Position numbers and translations under genes: made by a program. Positions 50,717 through 61,493 of a stretch of DNA of 64,000 nucleotides are shown piece after piece. The stretch spans positions 15,010-79,009 of the forward strand of contig DAOWAN010000001.1 of the NCBI GenBank assembly GCA_030634545.1, read 5' to 3'. The notes beneath the pieces are model-generated. The model saw only the letters and a list, made by a program, of their open reading frames with translations. It was not told the DNA's origin and made no database searches. The stretch's first letter is position 1, and every line of letters starts with the position of its first letter. This DNA comes from Candidatus Nanohalarchaeota archaeon. GTDB lineage: Archaea; EX4484-52; B79-G9.

Positions 50717-52540
50717 TCACTTTTTAATGCATCCATACTCTGATTTTTGCTCATCCAATTCCCATTCACATATACCAGAACATTCGCCACATATTGTTTT
50801 ACTATGACAGCTCACACAGTCTCCACAGCATTGCCGGTATATTATTATTGTTTCTTCTTTTATGTTGTTATCTTCTCTTTGTTTTTCATTGATGACAGGA
50901 TATATTGCAGTATCTATATTATCTATTCTTACTTTTACTGTGTTCAGTTCACTCTTATCGAAACTGCCTGCACTCAATCCATCAGTAGTTATATCGGATA
51001 TATCAACAGTCTCAGATGGGTCAATTGTTACTTCATTTACATGAACAGTCTCTTCATTACCATTTATTGTGACATACAGGTTCTCCCCGTCAAATGATAT
51101 TGCCTCAGCTCCATTGTTTCTGATTTTTACATTAATATATCTTAAACCAACATCCATAGAACTAAATATAGTATTCTCATCACAGTCTTCAACAGCTTTG
51201 CATGGGTGTATGTCCACAATACTTATATCTGGAGGAGCACTGCATTCATGTGTTCCTTCATTTTCTATAATTGTTCCCTCTCGATATACCTTCTCTGGCA
51301 GATGGCATGCACCTTCTGGTTCATCTGTAACAACATGGGTCAATATATTCACACAGCCGGTTTCGTATTCTGTCTTTAGAGAATATTTACAGACGCCATC
51401 AAGAGTGTATTCACCGTCATCTGAGCGACTGGAGAGAATATATTCCCAGTATTTACCATCATCATCAGTCTCACCATAGCAAAGATATTTTTCCAGATTA
51501 GTACATCTCATACTTGCAGAAACTCTCGCTGTACATACACCAACATCACTACCCTCTGCTTCAATAAGAATATTGAACAGAATCTCTTTTAATTCCCCGT
51601 TGATTTTAGGCATAGTGAAATGATAGTACGAATCACCTTCATTATATTTAAGCCCAAGATCATGAGATGATGCAATTCTACAATCTGCAATAATAACGCC
51701 TGTTTCAGGATGCCTGCATCCACCACCGCTTCCACCAAATATAATCTGCACATCTGCTTTCATATGTGAAGACAATGCTGATTTCACTTCTTTTTTGAAA
51801 TTAACTTTTGTTATATCCTTTGTACCCATCTGATTAAAATTTATGCCCTCAGGAAAACTTGCATCATTCACGCAGGTCCATCTTTTAGTGATTGGCTTGA
51901 CTTCTTCTACATTGAATGATATTTCATAAATCTCGGGCTTGAATTTTTCCAGTTCTGCTTTCTTTTCACATGGCAGTTGAAATTCAACATCACTGCAGAT
52001 GCCGTCACATAATTTGTAATAATCATCAACTAATATTAAAGACACTCCGTCTTTATCCCGTATAGCTATCGCTTCAGTATCATCACCGGTCTTGGGTTTA
52101 ATTTTCATACTAGGATTTACGATATCTTCTTTGAGTGTAAGGGTCATTGTTGAGCATGGCTGAAACTCTCCTTTAAGTGCATAATATTCCGTAGTTGAAG
52201 TACCTGTTGAACCACCTCCGGATGCTTCCTGTTCATCATGAATCTCCTTTATTTTTGTAAATATCTCACCACAGGTAAGTTCACTTTCTTCATACGGCAC
52301 TTCGTTGCACTTTAGCCTTTCATCTTCAGTATATGACTCCCCTGGACATTTTGGCATACATAATGCTTCTTCAAGGTACAATGCAGTTAGTTCAGGACTC
52401 ACATCAGGTATTGCTTCTCTTCCCCCTTCTTCACCCTGAGCTGTGAAAACAGCAAAAAGACCAATAGCTACCACAGCAATCACTAACAGTGCAAACAGAT
52501 GAACTTGACCTTTACAATTATTCCTTTGCATATACATCAA
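50717..52540 (-). CDS. class III signal-peptide surface protein with Cys-rich and CARDB-like regions
   Basis: CKG|QVHLFALLVI; VKIRNNG...IDPSET...VRID...NE..EDNN CARDB-like tail. Confidence 0.7.
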   Translation of the reverse strand: MMYMQRNNCKGQVHLFALLVIAVVAIGLFAVFTAQGEEGGREAIPDVSPELTALYLEEALCMPKCPGESYTEDERLKCNEVPYEESELTCGEIFTKIKEIHDEQEASGGGSTGTSTTEYYALKGEFQPCSTMTLTLKEDIVNPSMKIKPKTGDDTEAIAIRDKDGVSLILVDDYYKLCDGICSDVEFQLPCEKKAELEKFKPEIYEISFNVEEVKPITKRWTCVNDASFPEGINFNQMGTKDITKVNFKKEVKSALSSHMKADVQIIFGGSGGGCRHPETGVIIADCRIASSHDLGLKYNEGDSYYHFTMPKINGELKEILFNILIEAEGSDVGVCTARVSASMRCTNLEKYLCYGETDDDGKYWEYILSSRSDDGEYTLDGVCKYSLKTEYETGCVNILTHVVTDEPEGACHLPEKVYREGTIIENEGTHECSAPPDISIVDIHPCKAVEDCDENTIFSSMDVGLRYINVKIRNNGAEAISFDGENLYVTINGNEETVHVNEVTIDPSETVDISDITTDGLSAGSFDKSELNTVKVRIDNIDTAIYPVINEKQREDNNIKEETIIIYRQCCGDCVSCHSKTICGECSGICEWELDEQKSEYGCIKK

Positions 52541-52741
52541 TTAACATTCACTATAGTTAACAAACAAACTTTCTATGATTATGATTTGACCGAAATAAAT
52601 AATCGACCGAACATTTTGAGCATCAACTCAAAAACTTAAGACATAATCTCAGGATTTTCAACAAATATTGAAAAGCTTCAAACGATAATGAGATGATATA
52701 GGAATCCATACACCATTTAACTGTTAGTGGATTCACTGTAA

Positions 52742-53041
52742 TTATACTGGCAGACACTCTACACCTACACCTTCATCCATACAATTTTCACCAGTACCCC
52801 CCTCTGTGGCCCAGTCAGGGCAATCCCCGCCGTGCAGGCTGCGGCATGAATCACAAAGCCGTTTGCACATCTCTATCTTGATAGTGTTACCACCCTGCTC
52901 TATGGGTTCTATTGTACCAGCTTCTGCTCTTTTTGTTGTACTGTACAGCATAGTGATTAATATAAGTGCCACTACAAGACTGACAACTATTACCATCACA
53001 ATCCATATTGTTTGACTCATTCCTTTTCTCATTTTAATCAC
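52742..53041 (-). CDS. pilin-like protein
   Basis: RKG|MSQTIWIVMVIVV; Cys-rich tail. Confidence 0.8.
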   Translation of the reverse strand: MIKMRKGMSQTIWIVMVIVVSLVVALILITMLYSTTKRAEAGTIEPIEQGGNTIKIEMCKRLCDSCRSLHGGDCPDWATEGGTGENCMDEGVGVECLPV

Positions 53042-53049
53042 TACTGAGA

Positions 53050-53217
53050 TTATGCACTTGGAAACTTTATAACACTGGTTACCATTTCTTCTGCTTTACC
53101 ACCAAGGAAAATATAGAACCCTGCAACAATTACAAGCACAACTATTCCCAGAACCAAAAGCATTGTCTGATTGATTGCCAGCGAGCCATGTCTCGTTCTT
53201 TTAGATATCTTATTCAT
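53050..53217 (-). CDS. micro-pilin (55 aa)
   Basis: Manual translation MNKISKRTRHG|SLAINQTMLLVLGIVVLVIVAGFYIFLGGKAEEMVTSVIKFPSA*. Confidence 0.7.
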   Translation of the reverse strand: MNKISKRTRHGSLAINQTMLLVLGIVVLVIVAGFYIFLGGKAEEMVTSVIKFPSA

Positions 53218-53345
53218 TAATGTCCCCCTAAATAAATATTAGTTTTTTGTAGTATTTATAGTTTGCATTATTTTCGCATCCGTAGTGAAAATTGCACGCA
53301 ATAATACATAATCTATTTATATGACCAAATATAATATATGGATTC

Positions 53346-53477
53346 ATGGTATGGAAAGGTACGACAAAGGTCCAGATTTTTGTTATTTTAGGTTTTATTC
53401 TGGGATTGGTCTTCCTGCTTTTCTTACTTGGATATTCTATGGATATTCTTAATGTTGATTATGGTGATGTAGCTTGA
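53346..53477 (+). CDS. micro-pilin (43 aa)
   Basis: Manual translation MVWKG|TTKVQIFVILGFILGLVFLLFLLGYSMDILNVDYGDVA*; stop overlaps the next TTG start. Confidence 0.6.
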   Translation: MVWKGTTKVQIFVILGFILGLVFLLFLLGYSMDILNVDYGDVA

Positions 53478-53662
53478 ATAAAATTCTATCTCTAAAATAT
53501 GGTCGATACCGGAAAGGGTTAGAGTTTGGTACAATATGCAAAGTTATACTGTTTATTGTAACTACAGTTCTTCTCTTGATTGTAATTTCATCAATACTTA
53601 ATAGGGGGATAGCAGAGGCACCGATACCAGACCCATTTACTTCATACAGGAATATTGCATGA
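53474..53662 (+). CDS. micro-pilin (62 aa)
   Basis: RKG|LEFGTICKVILFIVTTVLLLIVI. Confidence 0.7.
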   Translation: MNKILSLKYGRYRKGLEFGTICKVILFIVTTVLLLIVISSILNRGIAEAPIPDPFTSYRNIA

Positions 53663-53743
53663 TATTTTGTAGTATCCAAACAACTGGAGATTACGTTACA
53701 CACATGCAAGTTATTTAAGGTCATAAACACTTACTTAAGTAAT

Positions 53744-54289
53744 ATGCATCATAATACTTCTCGCGGATTAAGTCATATTGAATTTATAGGCAACATTATC
53801 CTTGCCCTGCTACTCCTTTCTATTCTTTTATATCTGTTTGGAAGTGTTTTAGGAGACAAACTCAATGATTATGCGGAAAGACTGATCAATGTTAATGAGG
53901 AACAGATTTATGTGAAGGACTGCATACTGCTTGACAGCGATGCAAATGATTTTGAAAAAGACAGCATCAATAATTTTGTTGTTGACATTGGAGAAGTGAA
54001 CGTGAAAGAGATCATACTTCTTGGAATTTTTTTTGACTGGCAGAAGCCCACAGATGGAGCATACATCAAAGAATGGATGACCACATGCCACAATGGTCCG
54101 GATCTTTTTGATTCACCATGGGAAACCGGAGAAGTAAAATACGACACAGCAATACAATTTACCGAATCAAATGCCTACCAGACAGAAGTTGAATGCGAAA
54201 ATAAGATTGATGTTTCTATAACAATAGGTGACCGATTTTTGGCAGGCAGTGATGCAAAAGTTTATCTGTGCTATAAGGCTGACAGATAA
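53744..54289 (+). CDS. class III signal-peptide protein
   Basis: SRG|LSHIEFIGNIILALLLL. Confidence 0.7.
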   Translation: MHHNTSRGLSHIEFIGNIILALLLLSILLYLFGSVLGDKLNDYAERLINVNEEQIYVKDCILLDSDANDFEKDSINNFVVDIGEVNVKEIILLGIFFDWQKPTDGAYIKEWMTTCHNGPDLFDSPWETGEVKYDTAIQFTESNAYQTEVECENKIDVSITIGDRFLAGSDAKVYLCYKADR

Positions 54290-54307
54290 GCAAAGTAAAT
54301 TATATAT

Positions 54308-57300
54308 ATGAGTAGACCCTATATCTTTTGTATGTCTGTTCAAATGTCAACATCATTACTGGGTGGAATCGTTCTGGGTTTGCTTGCTCTTTTAATCTCT
54401 TTGCAGTTAATCGGCGTTCTTGACGTAATGAATGTTGCAGAGTGGGCTATTGAAAGTTTTACTTTTCTGCTGGAAGAACTGTTCAATATTCGTACAGAAG
54501 AGGATAGAATTGCAATAGAATCCACATCGGCTCTTACTTGTGCAACAGATACTGTTGCGAGGATAAACCAGTTAATTGAAGATGGAGAGGTAATCCCTGA
54601 AAATATATTTGATAGTCCTTCCTGCAGTCAAGGTATGCCTGTCGGGCTTGCCATTGCAAGGAATGCGCCAAGACACGGTCTTATGACTGCGAGAGTGATT
54701 GCTGTAACAGATAAGATTACTGGTGCAGGTATAGCTGACATCGAGAACCCTGATGCTGCTTATGAATGCGGATCAGATGATAATGTAAAAGAATGCGGTA
54801 AAATCGATAACGAGATATGTAAGAAAGGCGAACGCTGTGTTGAGGGTATTGGTCTAGCTGGAATTACCGTATGGGACTGCAAAAAGGATGATACCTGTAT
54901 TCCACCAGCAGAACGCGTCAGCAAAGAATTTTTTCCAGATGCATCATCATTATGTTTTGGTAATGATATGCATGTTTGTGTTTTGTGCGGAACACAAGCA
55001 GATTTGACACCAGATAAGGTCTGCTGCAAGTGTAACTTTGGTGGTGCTATTTCCTATTCTTATGGTTTAAAATGTGGTGGATGCTTTGGCATGACGGGTC
55101 TATGTGAAGATGCACCAAATCAAAATAAATGTAAGGATTTGGGCGTTGAGTTTGTACATTCCTGTGCAGCCGAAGTTTATGAAGATGAACGTAGTTTCCA
55201 ATGCGAAGTACTCGGTTTCGAACTCCCACAGAAAGGACTGGTAGAAGACGAATTATTTAAAAGCGACCCCCTGCTGGGACCAATTAATTACATCGCAGTC
55301 ACAGGAGACCCGAAATATGTTGTTTTTAATGAGAAATTCCCTGAAAGCGTGTCTCAAAACTGGAATCTTCTTGGGGAGGACCTAGCCATAATATACATCG
55401 GTACTGCAGCAGGAATTACACTGCTCACCGATTGTGCAATACCCGGGGTTGGAAAAATGCTTGGAAAGGCAAGTGAAGGTGTTGTTAATACCGGCATCGC
55501 AAAAACTCTTAAAAGCCATGTTGATGATACCAAGAACTTTATCGGAGGTTTTCAGGACGGTGCAACCAATAAAATCAGCAGGATTTTTCTAAAGAGAGGT
55601 CTGAATAAAGCCAAAAAAAACAGCCTTAAAAAACAAGCTGAAAAAAACATAGAGGATATTTCAAGGCTCCCTCTTGCAAAGGAAGATATTTATGCCTTGA
55701 AATGGGAACTTCGTGCCGCTTCTGATTTGAGTGAGACTGCAGAAGATTTGACTGATGAAGCTGCAGAGGAATTAGCGTATGAACTTGGAGAACTCTGGCT
55801 TGTGAAAAATAATGCAGACTTAAGTGATGCTGTACGACAGGAAGCAGATGATAAAATAATAGAAAAACTAGGGAAACTGGAAATCTACCCGAATACCGTG
55901 CCGGATGATGAATATATAATGAATCCAATCATTCGTGCATCCGACGGGCTGGTCCAGATTCACCGAGCACGAAGCCACAGACTCCCCGAACTCACAAATT
56001 TTATGAAGACCGGCTCGATAGTGGTAGAAAATCACGATGTTGATGAAAAAGTACTCCAAAAATTAATCTTCGAAACAACAGACATGTTTCCGGATAAATC
56101 AAAGGTCGATATGGCAGTAGAAGTAATTGTAAAACAGGCATCTGAAGGAGATGCCGCTGCAAAGGGATTCATTTCTGCTGCCGGGGCTATTGCTGATGGA
56201 GATGGTAAAGTAAAGGCTGCCACATTTTTAAAATTAATGAGAGATAACGGGATAACAGGCAAATCATTAGACCCAACAACAAAAAAGGGAGCTGCAACAA
56301 TCGGTCTGGGTCTTGCAATGGTTGGCGCAGCAAAAATTGAGAATATGGACTACCTGCGCGATCCAAGCAACTGCGGAACAAACGCACTATGCCTTTTCGG
56401 GCATGATTGGTCACTCGATATTTCAGCAGACATGAAATTTCAGGGAAAAATGGGTGATGATGCACTAAACCTCCCTCTTGAACTCAAAGAAGCAGAAAAC
56501 GGCGGTCAGTTTTATCTTGCAAGCCCATGCAAAGCAGATATTATACTGACACAATCCAAATGCGAGTGCCGTAAGTTCTATGAAGCAGATATTTTTTATT
56601 CAGACATAGTAATAGAAGAATGGGGTATTAAACTTGTACCTGCGCCGGGACTTGCTCCAGTGTTCATATTTACTATTATTGAAACCTTCACAGTTGAAGC
56701 AAAATTCCCCACAGATTCAACTTACGAATTTAAATATGACGGAGATCCAATAACTTTTAAATTTACTCCAGAAGAAGACGAGAAAAATACTGAAGAAATA
56801 ACGCTTAAAGATGGAGATACAATAACGGATCCATTGGTTCTTGAGCATGCGCTCAGAAGCATGGATAAAGACCAATTAAATCACTGGGTTAGACCAAATA
56901 CCAATTATGAAAAGCAACTTCACAACCCACTTAATGATGATGAACCTAATGAATATAAATTTTCGCGCATGATACGCCAAAATTTGGAACAAGGCGTAAA
57001 CTATAAGAAGTGCATTAAGGGAGACTGGTGGGAATTCTGGCAGGAGAATGAAAATCCAGACTGCATAAAAGTTGAGTTGAAAGGTTATGGCGATTACGAT
57101 CCGAATTTTTGCTTTGAGAAAAAATGGGATGAAGCAAGCAGAGCAGAAGCGGCACTTTTCGGAACAGAAATGGTTGTAGGTGCCGCTGCAGCACTATTAG
57201 CAGCACCGACAGGTCCAGGCGCATTAGTTGCATACTGCGGAACATCAATGGCTGTATCTACTGCAGGTGCATGGGTGCTTGCAGGGTACATGGCAGAAGA

Positions 57301-57328
57301 TAAATGGCCAAACGGCATAAACCAGTAA
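54308..57328 (+). CDS. large membrane-anchored surface protein (1006 aa)
   Basis: N-terminal TM, Cys-rich domain, helical middle, Gly/Ala-rich hydrophobic hairpins. Confidence 0.7.
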   Translation: MSRPYIFCMSVQMSTSLLGGIVLGLLALLISLQLIGVLDVMNVAEWAIESFTFLLEELFNIRTEEDRIAIESTSALTCATDTVARINQLIEDGEVIPENIFDSPSCSQGMPVGLAIARNAPRHGLMTARVIAVTDKITGAGIADIENPDAAYECGSDDNVKECGKIDNEICKKGERCVEGIGLAGITVWDCKKDDTCIPPAERVSKEFFPDASSLCFGNDMHVCVLCGTQADLTPDKVCCKCNFGGAISYSYGLKCGGCFGMTGLCEDAPNQNKCKDLGVEFVHSCAAEVYEDERSFQCEVLGFELPQKGLVEDELFKSDPLLGPINYIAVTGDPKYVVFNEKFPESVSQNWNLLGEDLAIIYIGTAAGITLLTDCAIPGVGKMLGKASEGVVNTGIAKTLKSHVDDTKNFIGGFQDGATNKISRIFLKRGLNKAKKNSLKKQAEKNIEDISRLPLAKEDIYALKWELRAASDLSETAEDLTDEAAEELAYELGELWLVKNNADLSDAVRQEADDKIIEKLGKLEIYPNTVPDDEYIMNPIIRASDGLVQIHRARSHRLPELTNFMKTGSIVVENHDVDEKVLQKLIFETTDMFPDKSKVDMAVEVIVKQASEGDAAAKGFISAAGAIADGDGKVKAATFLKLMRDNGITGKSLDPTTKKGAATIGLGLAMVGAAKIENMDYLRDPSNCGTNALCLFGHDWSLDISADMKFQGKMGDDALNLPLELKEAENGGQFYLASPCKADIILTQSKCECRKFYEADIFYSDIVIEEWGIKLVPAPGLAPVFIFTIIETFTVEAKFPTDSTYEFKYDGDPITFKFTPEEDEKNTEEITLKDGDTITDPLVLEHALRSMDKDQLNHWVRPNTNYEKQLHNPLNDDEPNEYKFSRMIRQNLEQGVNYKKCIKGDWWEFWQENENPDCIKVELKGYGDYDPNFCFEKKWDEASRAEAALFGTEMVVGAAAALLAAPTGPGALVAYCGTSMAVSTAGAWVLAGYMAEDKWPNGINQ

Positions 57329-57465
57329 GAAACAGATACGAAATAACCTATCAGTTTAGATTTTAGAACGATATAGACGATGCTTAATATAGCTTGATTC
57401 CCATAGATTAAGAACAAAATTTGTACTTTGAGGATGTTAATTTATTTTCATTCCCACGCAGGCGT

Positions 57466-58614
57466 TCATGAATCTTTATCTTTAAGTTTAAAGACGCCCG
57501 AAGCAAAAGACTTATCAGGTGTTCCTTTTGCTCCACTATCTTCACGCGGCGTCATTGGTGATGTTTGAGAGAAAAAATCATGCACAGGTGTTCTAACATC
57601 ATAATGTTCATTTGGTTCAAGATCCCATATATTTTTCCATTCAATATCATCTATGCCTATTACTTTTAAGTCATCCAGATTTTCTGTTCTGCCAGTTGCA
57701 TAAATTCCCATCTTATAATCGCTATATTCTAAAAATTTCTTATTATAAACCACCACATGGTGAAGTGTATCGCCATCGGAAACTATACCTGAACAGATAT
57801 CTGGCTTATTCTTGTCCAAAAAATGGTCATCAGTACCCCCCTCCATATATCCCCAACCCCAATATTCCGTAGACTTTTTAAGCATACTGCAATCTCCCTC
57901 TGGAGTCACAAAATACTTAGGGTCAGTAGAATATGGAATTCCATCCACCATTAGCGGAGATGCTTCGTTTTCAGAATCGCCACCATCACCATGATAATTA
58001 TCATCTACGAACTCACCAAGTTTTGTCAATCCTCCATCGGGATCATCAAATTCCCCGTCAGATATTTCTTTTGTCATTTTACTATTTATACCATCCATAT
58101 CAACAGATATTATCCCCTCAGCCTCTTCAACACACCCGGAAGTCATTATTTCAGCATATACTATTGCCCCTGCAACCATCATATATGCAAGTATTTCTTT
58201 TGGTCCTGCGGAGGCAACAGTATTTGCATATAATGTTCCTGCCGTCATCATGACCATGCCCAGTTCATTTTCCTGTGCAGGAGTAAGCATAGTAGTAATA
58301 TCATAATTATCCACTAAATCCGGAAATGCCTGGGCAAATATGTCGTTATATGCCTCGTGAATTTTAGCATCACTATTTACAGAATCATCAAAAATATCTG
58401 CATCAAATCCCGAAAGGTCTGAAAGAAGTTTAGTTGCTACTAATGCGAGAGAGCCTTTTTTGAAATACCCCGGCATATTATTTAATGTCTTACCTGCTTC
58501 CACAATTGCATCTGTGTACATGCGTTCTATATGTTTATAGTTGGGTCTCGTGCCTTGTCCACTACGTATGAATCTTTCTATATTGAATGAATCCCCAGTT
58601 AGATACGATGCCAT
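57466..58614 (-). CDS. hypothetical acidic protein
   Basis: 382-aa ORF with GAAGGTG RBS and a central hydrophobic segment. Confidence 0.6.
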   Translation of the reverse strand: MASYLTGDSFNIERFIRSGQGTRPNYKHIERMYTDAIVEAGKTLNNMPGYFKKGSLALVATKLLSDLSGFDADIFDDSVNSDAKIHEAYNDIFAQAFPDLVDNYDITTMLTPAQENELGMVMMTAGTLYANTVASAGPKEILAYMMVAGAIVYAEIMTSGCVEEAEGIISVDMDGINSKMTKEISDGEFDDPDGGLTKLGEFVDDNYHGDGGDSENEASPLMVDGIPYSTDPKYFVTPEGDCSMLKKSTEYWGWGYMEGGTDDHFLDKNKPDICSGIVSDGDTLHHVVVYNKKFLEYSDYKMGIYATGRTENLDDLKVIGIDDIEWKNIWDLEPNEHYDVRTPVHDFFSQTSPMTPREDSGAKGTPDKSFASGVFKLKDKDS

Positions 58615-59130
58615 ATGTTACACCTTCAGTGATTTTTACTGCTTTCATATCACCCGAATTACTATTAACTAGTAATAGCTATCTTTTTATATGTTTCGCT
58701 TTTCATCACTTTTGTGATGAGGTTCCATCACTATAGTGATATTACGGAGGCACACATATAAATACATATCACTTTTGTGATATTTGGGCAGAGAGAACAC
58801 GCCGCAACACCAGACACATCACCCCCAACCGAAATAAGCATACAGAAGAGCATGCCACATCTTTTGGAGTTCTCCCGCACCAAGGACATTCCATAACAAG
58901 AATTCCGGAAAAATATCCATAACAGGTAAAGAAGCCACAACAGAGAAAAGAATACACACACGAGACACAACAGAATAAAATGCATAACAGCAACAGATTT
59001 TGTATTTTATTCTCTTTTTTAGAGGAGAACATAAATAAGGTACCATTAACCCCGAAAGGAAAAGTATTATTGACACCGCAGTCAGATCCCACACAGTTAA
59101 CTATAAAAAAAAGCGCAAAGAAACATAACC

Positions 59131-60180
59131 ATGACCCCAAAAGAAACCAACATCCTGGAACTATCAAAACGCTGCCCAAAAAAAATGAAAAACGGGCCCT
59201 GCGGCTCATCATCCAATGGCAGATGCGAAGTAGGAGGGCTGTGCGTCTGGACTGAAATCTATCACCAGCTAAAAAAAGCAGGCAACATTTCCATACTAGA
59301 CAACGTCCTGGGCGCAGAAAAATACGGATACAGCCCATACAGCGACAAAAAAGCACCCTCATTCATGGACACAAAAGGATTCATAGTAACAACAGAACTT
59401 GACCCACCCAAAGGAACAAACCTCTCAAAGATAAAGACATTCCTGAAAAATATCCACGACATCAGCGCAATAAACGTCGTAGACAACCCACTCGGAAAAC
59501 CATTGATGTCACCGCTCCTCCCATGCTTCTACATCACAAAACACAACATAACACCAATCTACCAGATAACATGCAGAGACAGAAACATTGCCGCCATCCA
59601 GTCAGACATATTCGCAGCATACGCCTCAGGAATCCGCGACATACTCGTACTCACAGGAGACTATGTCACCCGAAACACAAAACCAGTATATGACATTGAT
59701 TCAACAATCCTCGCATACCTAATAAAGACAAAACTACCAGAAGGACAAGACTTCACAGGCGAAAAAACAGACACAAAGATAATAATGAATGTAGGCATTG
59801 CAGTAAACCCAAATGCAGAACCATTAGACATGGAATTGACAGCATTTCGAAAGAAGATGCAATTTGCAGACTTTGCACAGACTCAGGCAATCTTTGACCC
59901 CGACATCCTCGACAGGTTCTCAAGAGAAACAAACCATCACGACAAGACACTCATAGGAATACTCCCGATAACCTCTTACAAGATGGCAGAAGCAATCTCA
60001 AAAGTGCCCGGCATATCTATCCCGGACGCATTTATAGAAGAAATCAGACAAGACAAAAACGCAGGGATAAAGCGCGCAAAAGAACTAATAGCACAGGCAA
60101 AAACACTCGGTTTCAAAGGCGTACATCTGATGACATTTACAGACCATAAACTGCTATCTAAACTAATGAAGAGCGTGTAA
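59131..60180 (+). CDS. metF: methylenetetrahydrofolate reductase with N-terminal MetV-like Cys domain (MetV-MetF fusion)
   Basis: CPKKMKNGPCG...GRCEV...CVW..IY, then ELDPPKG, QITCRDRN, LTGD, AQTQ, GVHLM. Confidence 0.85.
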   Translation: MTPKETNILELSKRCPKKMKNGPCGSSSNGRCEVGGLCVWTEIYHQLKKAGNISILDNVLGAEKYGYSPYSDKKAPSFMDTKGFIVTTELDPPKGTNLSKIKTFLKNIHDISAINVVDNPLGKPLMSPLLPCFYITKHNITPIYQITCRDRNIAAIQSDIFAAYASGIRDILVLTGDYVTRNTKPVYDIDSTILAYLIKTKLPEGQDFTGEKTDTKIIMNVGIAVNPNAEPLDMELTAFRKKMQFADFAQTQAIFDPDILDRFSRETNHHDKTLIGILPITSYKMAEAISKVPGISIPDAFIEEIRQDKNAGIKRAKELIAQAKTLGFKGVHLMTFTDHKLLSKLMKSV

Positions 60181-60183
60181 CTT

Positions 60184-60864
60184 GTGAGACTAGGCATATT
60201 ATTCTCCGGCGGCAAAGACTCATGCTATGCCTTATATAAAGCGCAAAAGACCGACAAAATCACCTGCCTGATTTCCATCCTCTCAAAAAACAAGGAAAGC
60301 TACATGTTCCACACACCAAACATAGACCTAACCAGACTACAGGCAGAATCAATCAGCATCCCACTCATACAAAAAATCACAGAAGGAAAGAAAGAAGAAG
60401 AACTGCACGACCTGAAAGAAGCCATTTCAGAAGCCAAAAAGACACACAATATTGAAGGCATTGTCACAGGAGCAATTGAATCAGTCTACCAGGCAAAAAG
60501 AGTCCAGAACATATGCAACGAACTGGACTTATGGTGCTTCAATCCACTCTGGATGAAAGACCAGAAAGAGCTATTGCATGAACTGGTAAATCATGGATTT
60601 CACATAATAATCACAGGGATATTCGCATATCCCCTTGACGAGAGATGGCTTGGAAGAAAGATAGACAATAATGTCATTGACGAACTAGCCATTCTAGAAA
60701 AAAAGTACCAGATGAACCCCGCAGGCGAAGGCGGCGAGATAGAGACAACAGTCCTTGACGCGCCTTTTTTCAAGAAAAAAATCAAAATTATTGATTCCTG
60801 CGCCATAGCAGAAGAAAACTCAGGAACACTCACAATAAAAAAAGCAAAACTGGTGAGCAAATGA
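60184..60864 (+). CDS. dph6: diphthine--ammonia ligase
   Basis: LFSGGKDS PP-loop, SYMFH, GAIESVYQ, NPAGEGGEIET. Confidence 0.9.
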   Translation: MRLGILFSGGKDSCYALYKAQKTDKITCLISILSKNKESYMFHTPNIDLTRLQAESISIPLIQKITEGKKEEELHDLKEAISEAKKTHNIEGIVTGAIESVYQAKRVQNICNELDLWCFNPLWMKDQKELLHELVNHGFHIIITGIFAYPLDERWLGRKIDNNVIDELAILEKKYQMNPAGEGGEIETTVLDAPFFKKKIKIIDSCAIAEENSGTLTIKKAKLVSK

Positions 60865-61403
60865 TACTTATAGTTGACATGAATCACAAAAAAGACTCAC
60901 TTGCATTTTCAGAATTTATCCTGCCAATCATATCTGTTGCAAAAAAGACAGACACATGCATAGCAAAACATTATAGCGATATCAACCAAAAAGAAATCGA
61001 AAAATACAGCAAAATCATACTCTCAGGCACTGCGCTAAAAGACAATACCTACCTAAAAGACGCAGACAAATTGGCATGGCTAAAAAAAACAAATACACCG
61101 GTTTTAGGCATCTGCGCAGGCATGCAGATCATCAGCGCCGTATTTGGCTCAGACACAAAAAAATGCATGGAAATCGGCATGACCGAAATAGAGACAGTAA
61201 AAAAGAATCCTTTATTTACAGGCAATTTCAGCGCATACGAACTTCACAACTGGACCGTTGACATACCATCTAATTTTTGCATACTTGCAAAATCAAAGAA
61301 ATGCGCACAGGCAATAAAGCACAAGAAAAAAGATATCTACGGCATCCTCTTCCACCCGGAAGTCAGAAACAGAGAGATAATTGGGCGATTTGCACAATCA
61401 TGA
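60861..61403 (+). CDS. class I glutamine amidotransferase (GuaA/TrpG-like)
   Basis: IILSG, LGICAGMQ nucleophile elbow, FHPE; ATGA overlap with dph6. Confidence 0.88.
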   Translation: MILIVDMNHKKDSLAFSEFILPIISVAKKTDTCIAKHYSDINQKEIEKYSKIILSGTALKDNTYLKDADKLAWLKKTNTPVLGICAGMQIISAVFGSDTKKCMEIGMTEIETVKKNPLFTGNFSAYELHNWTVDIPSNFCILAKSKKCAQAIKHKKKDIYGILFHPEVRNREIIGRFAQS

Positions 61404-61493
61404 AAGGATACATATCTCATAACAGACCATATCAGCTCAAAAGAGGCATACATCACACATACATAACATATGGTGCCTCTATTGGAACAGAAC

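Noticed and set aside
58731..59362. Cys-rich hydrophobic minus-strand ORFs
   Set aside because: Probably a by-product of the A/C-rich plus strand; overlapping frames with no motif; a decayed gene cannot be excluded
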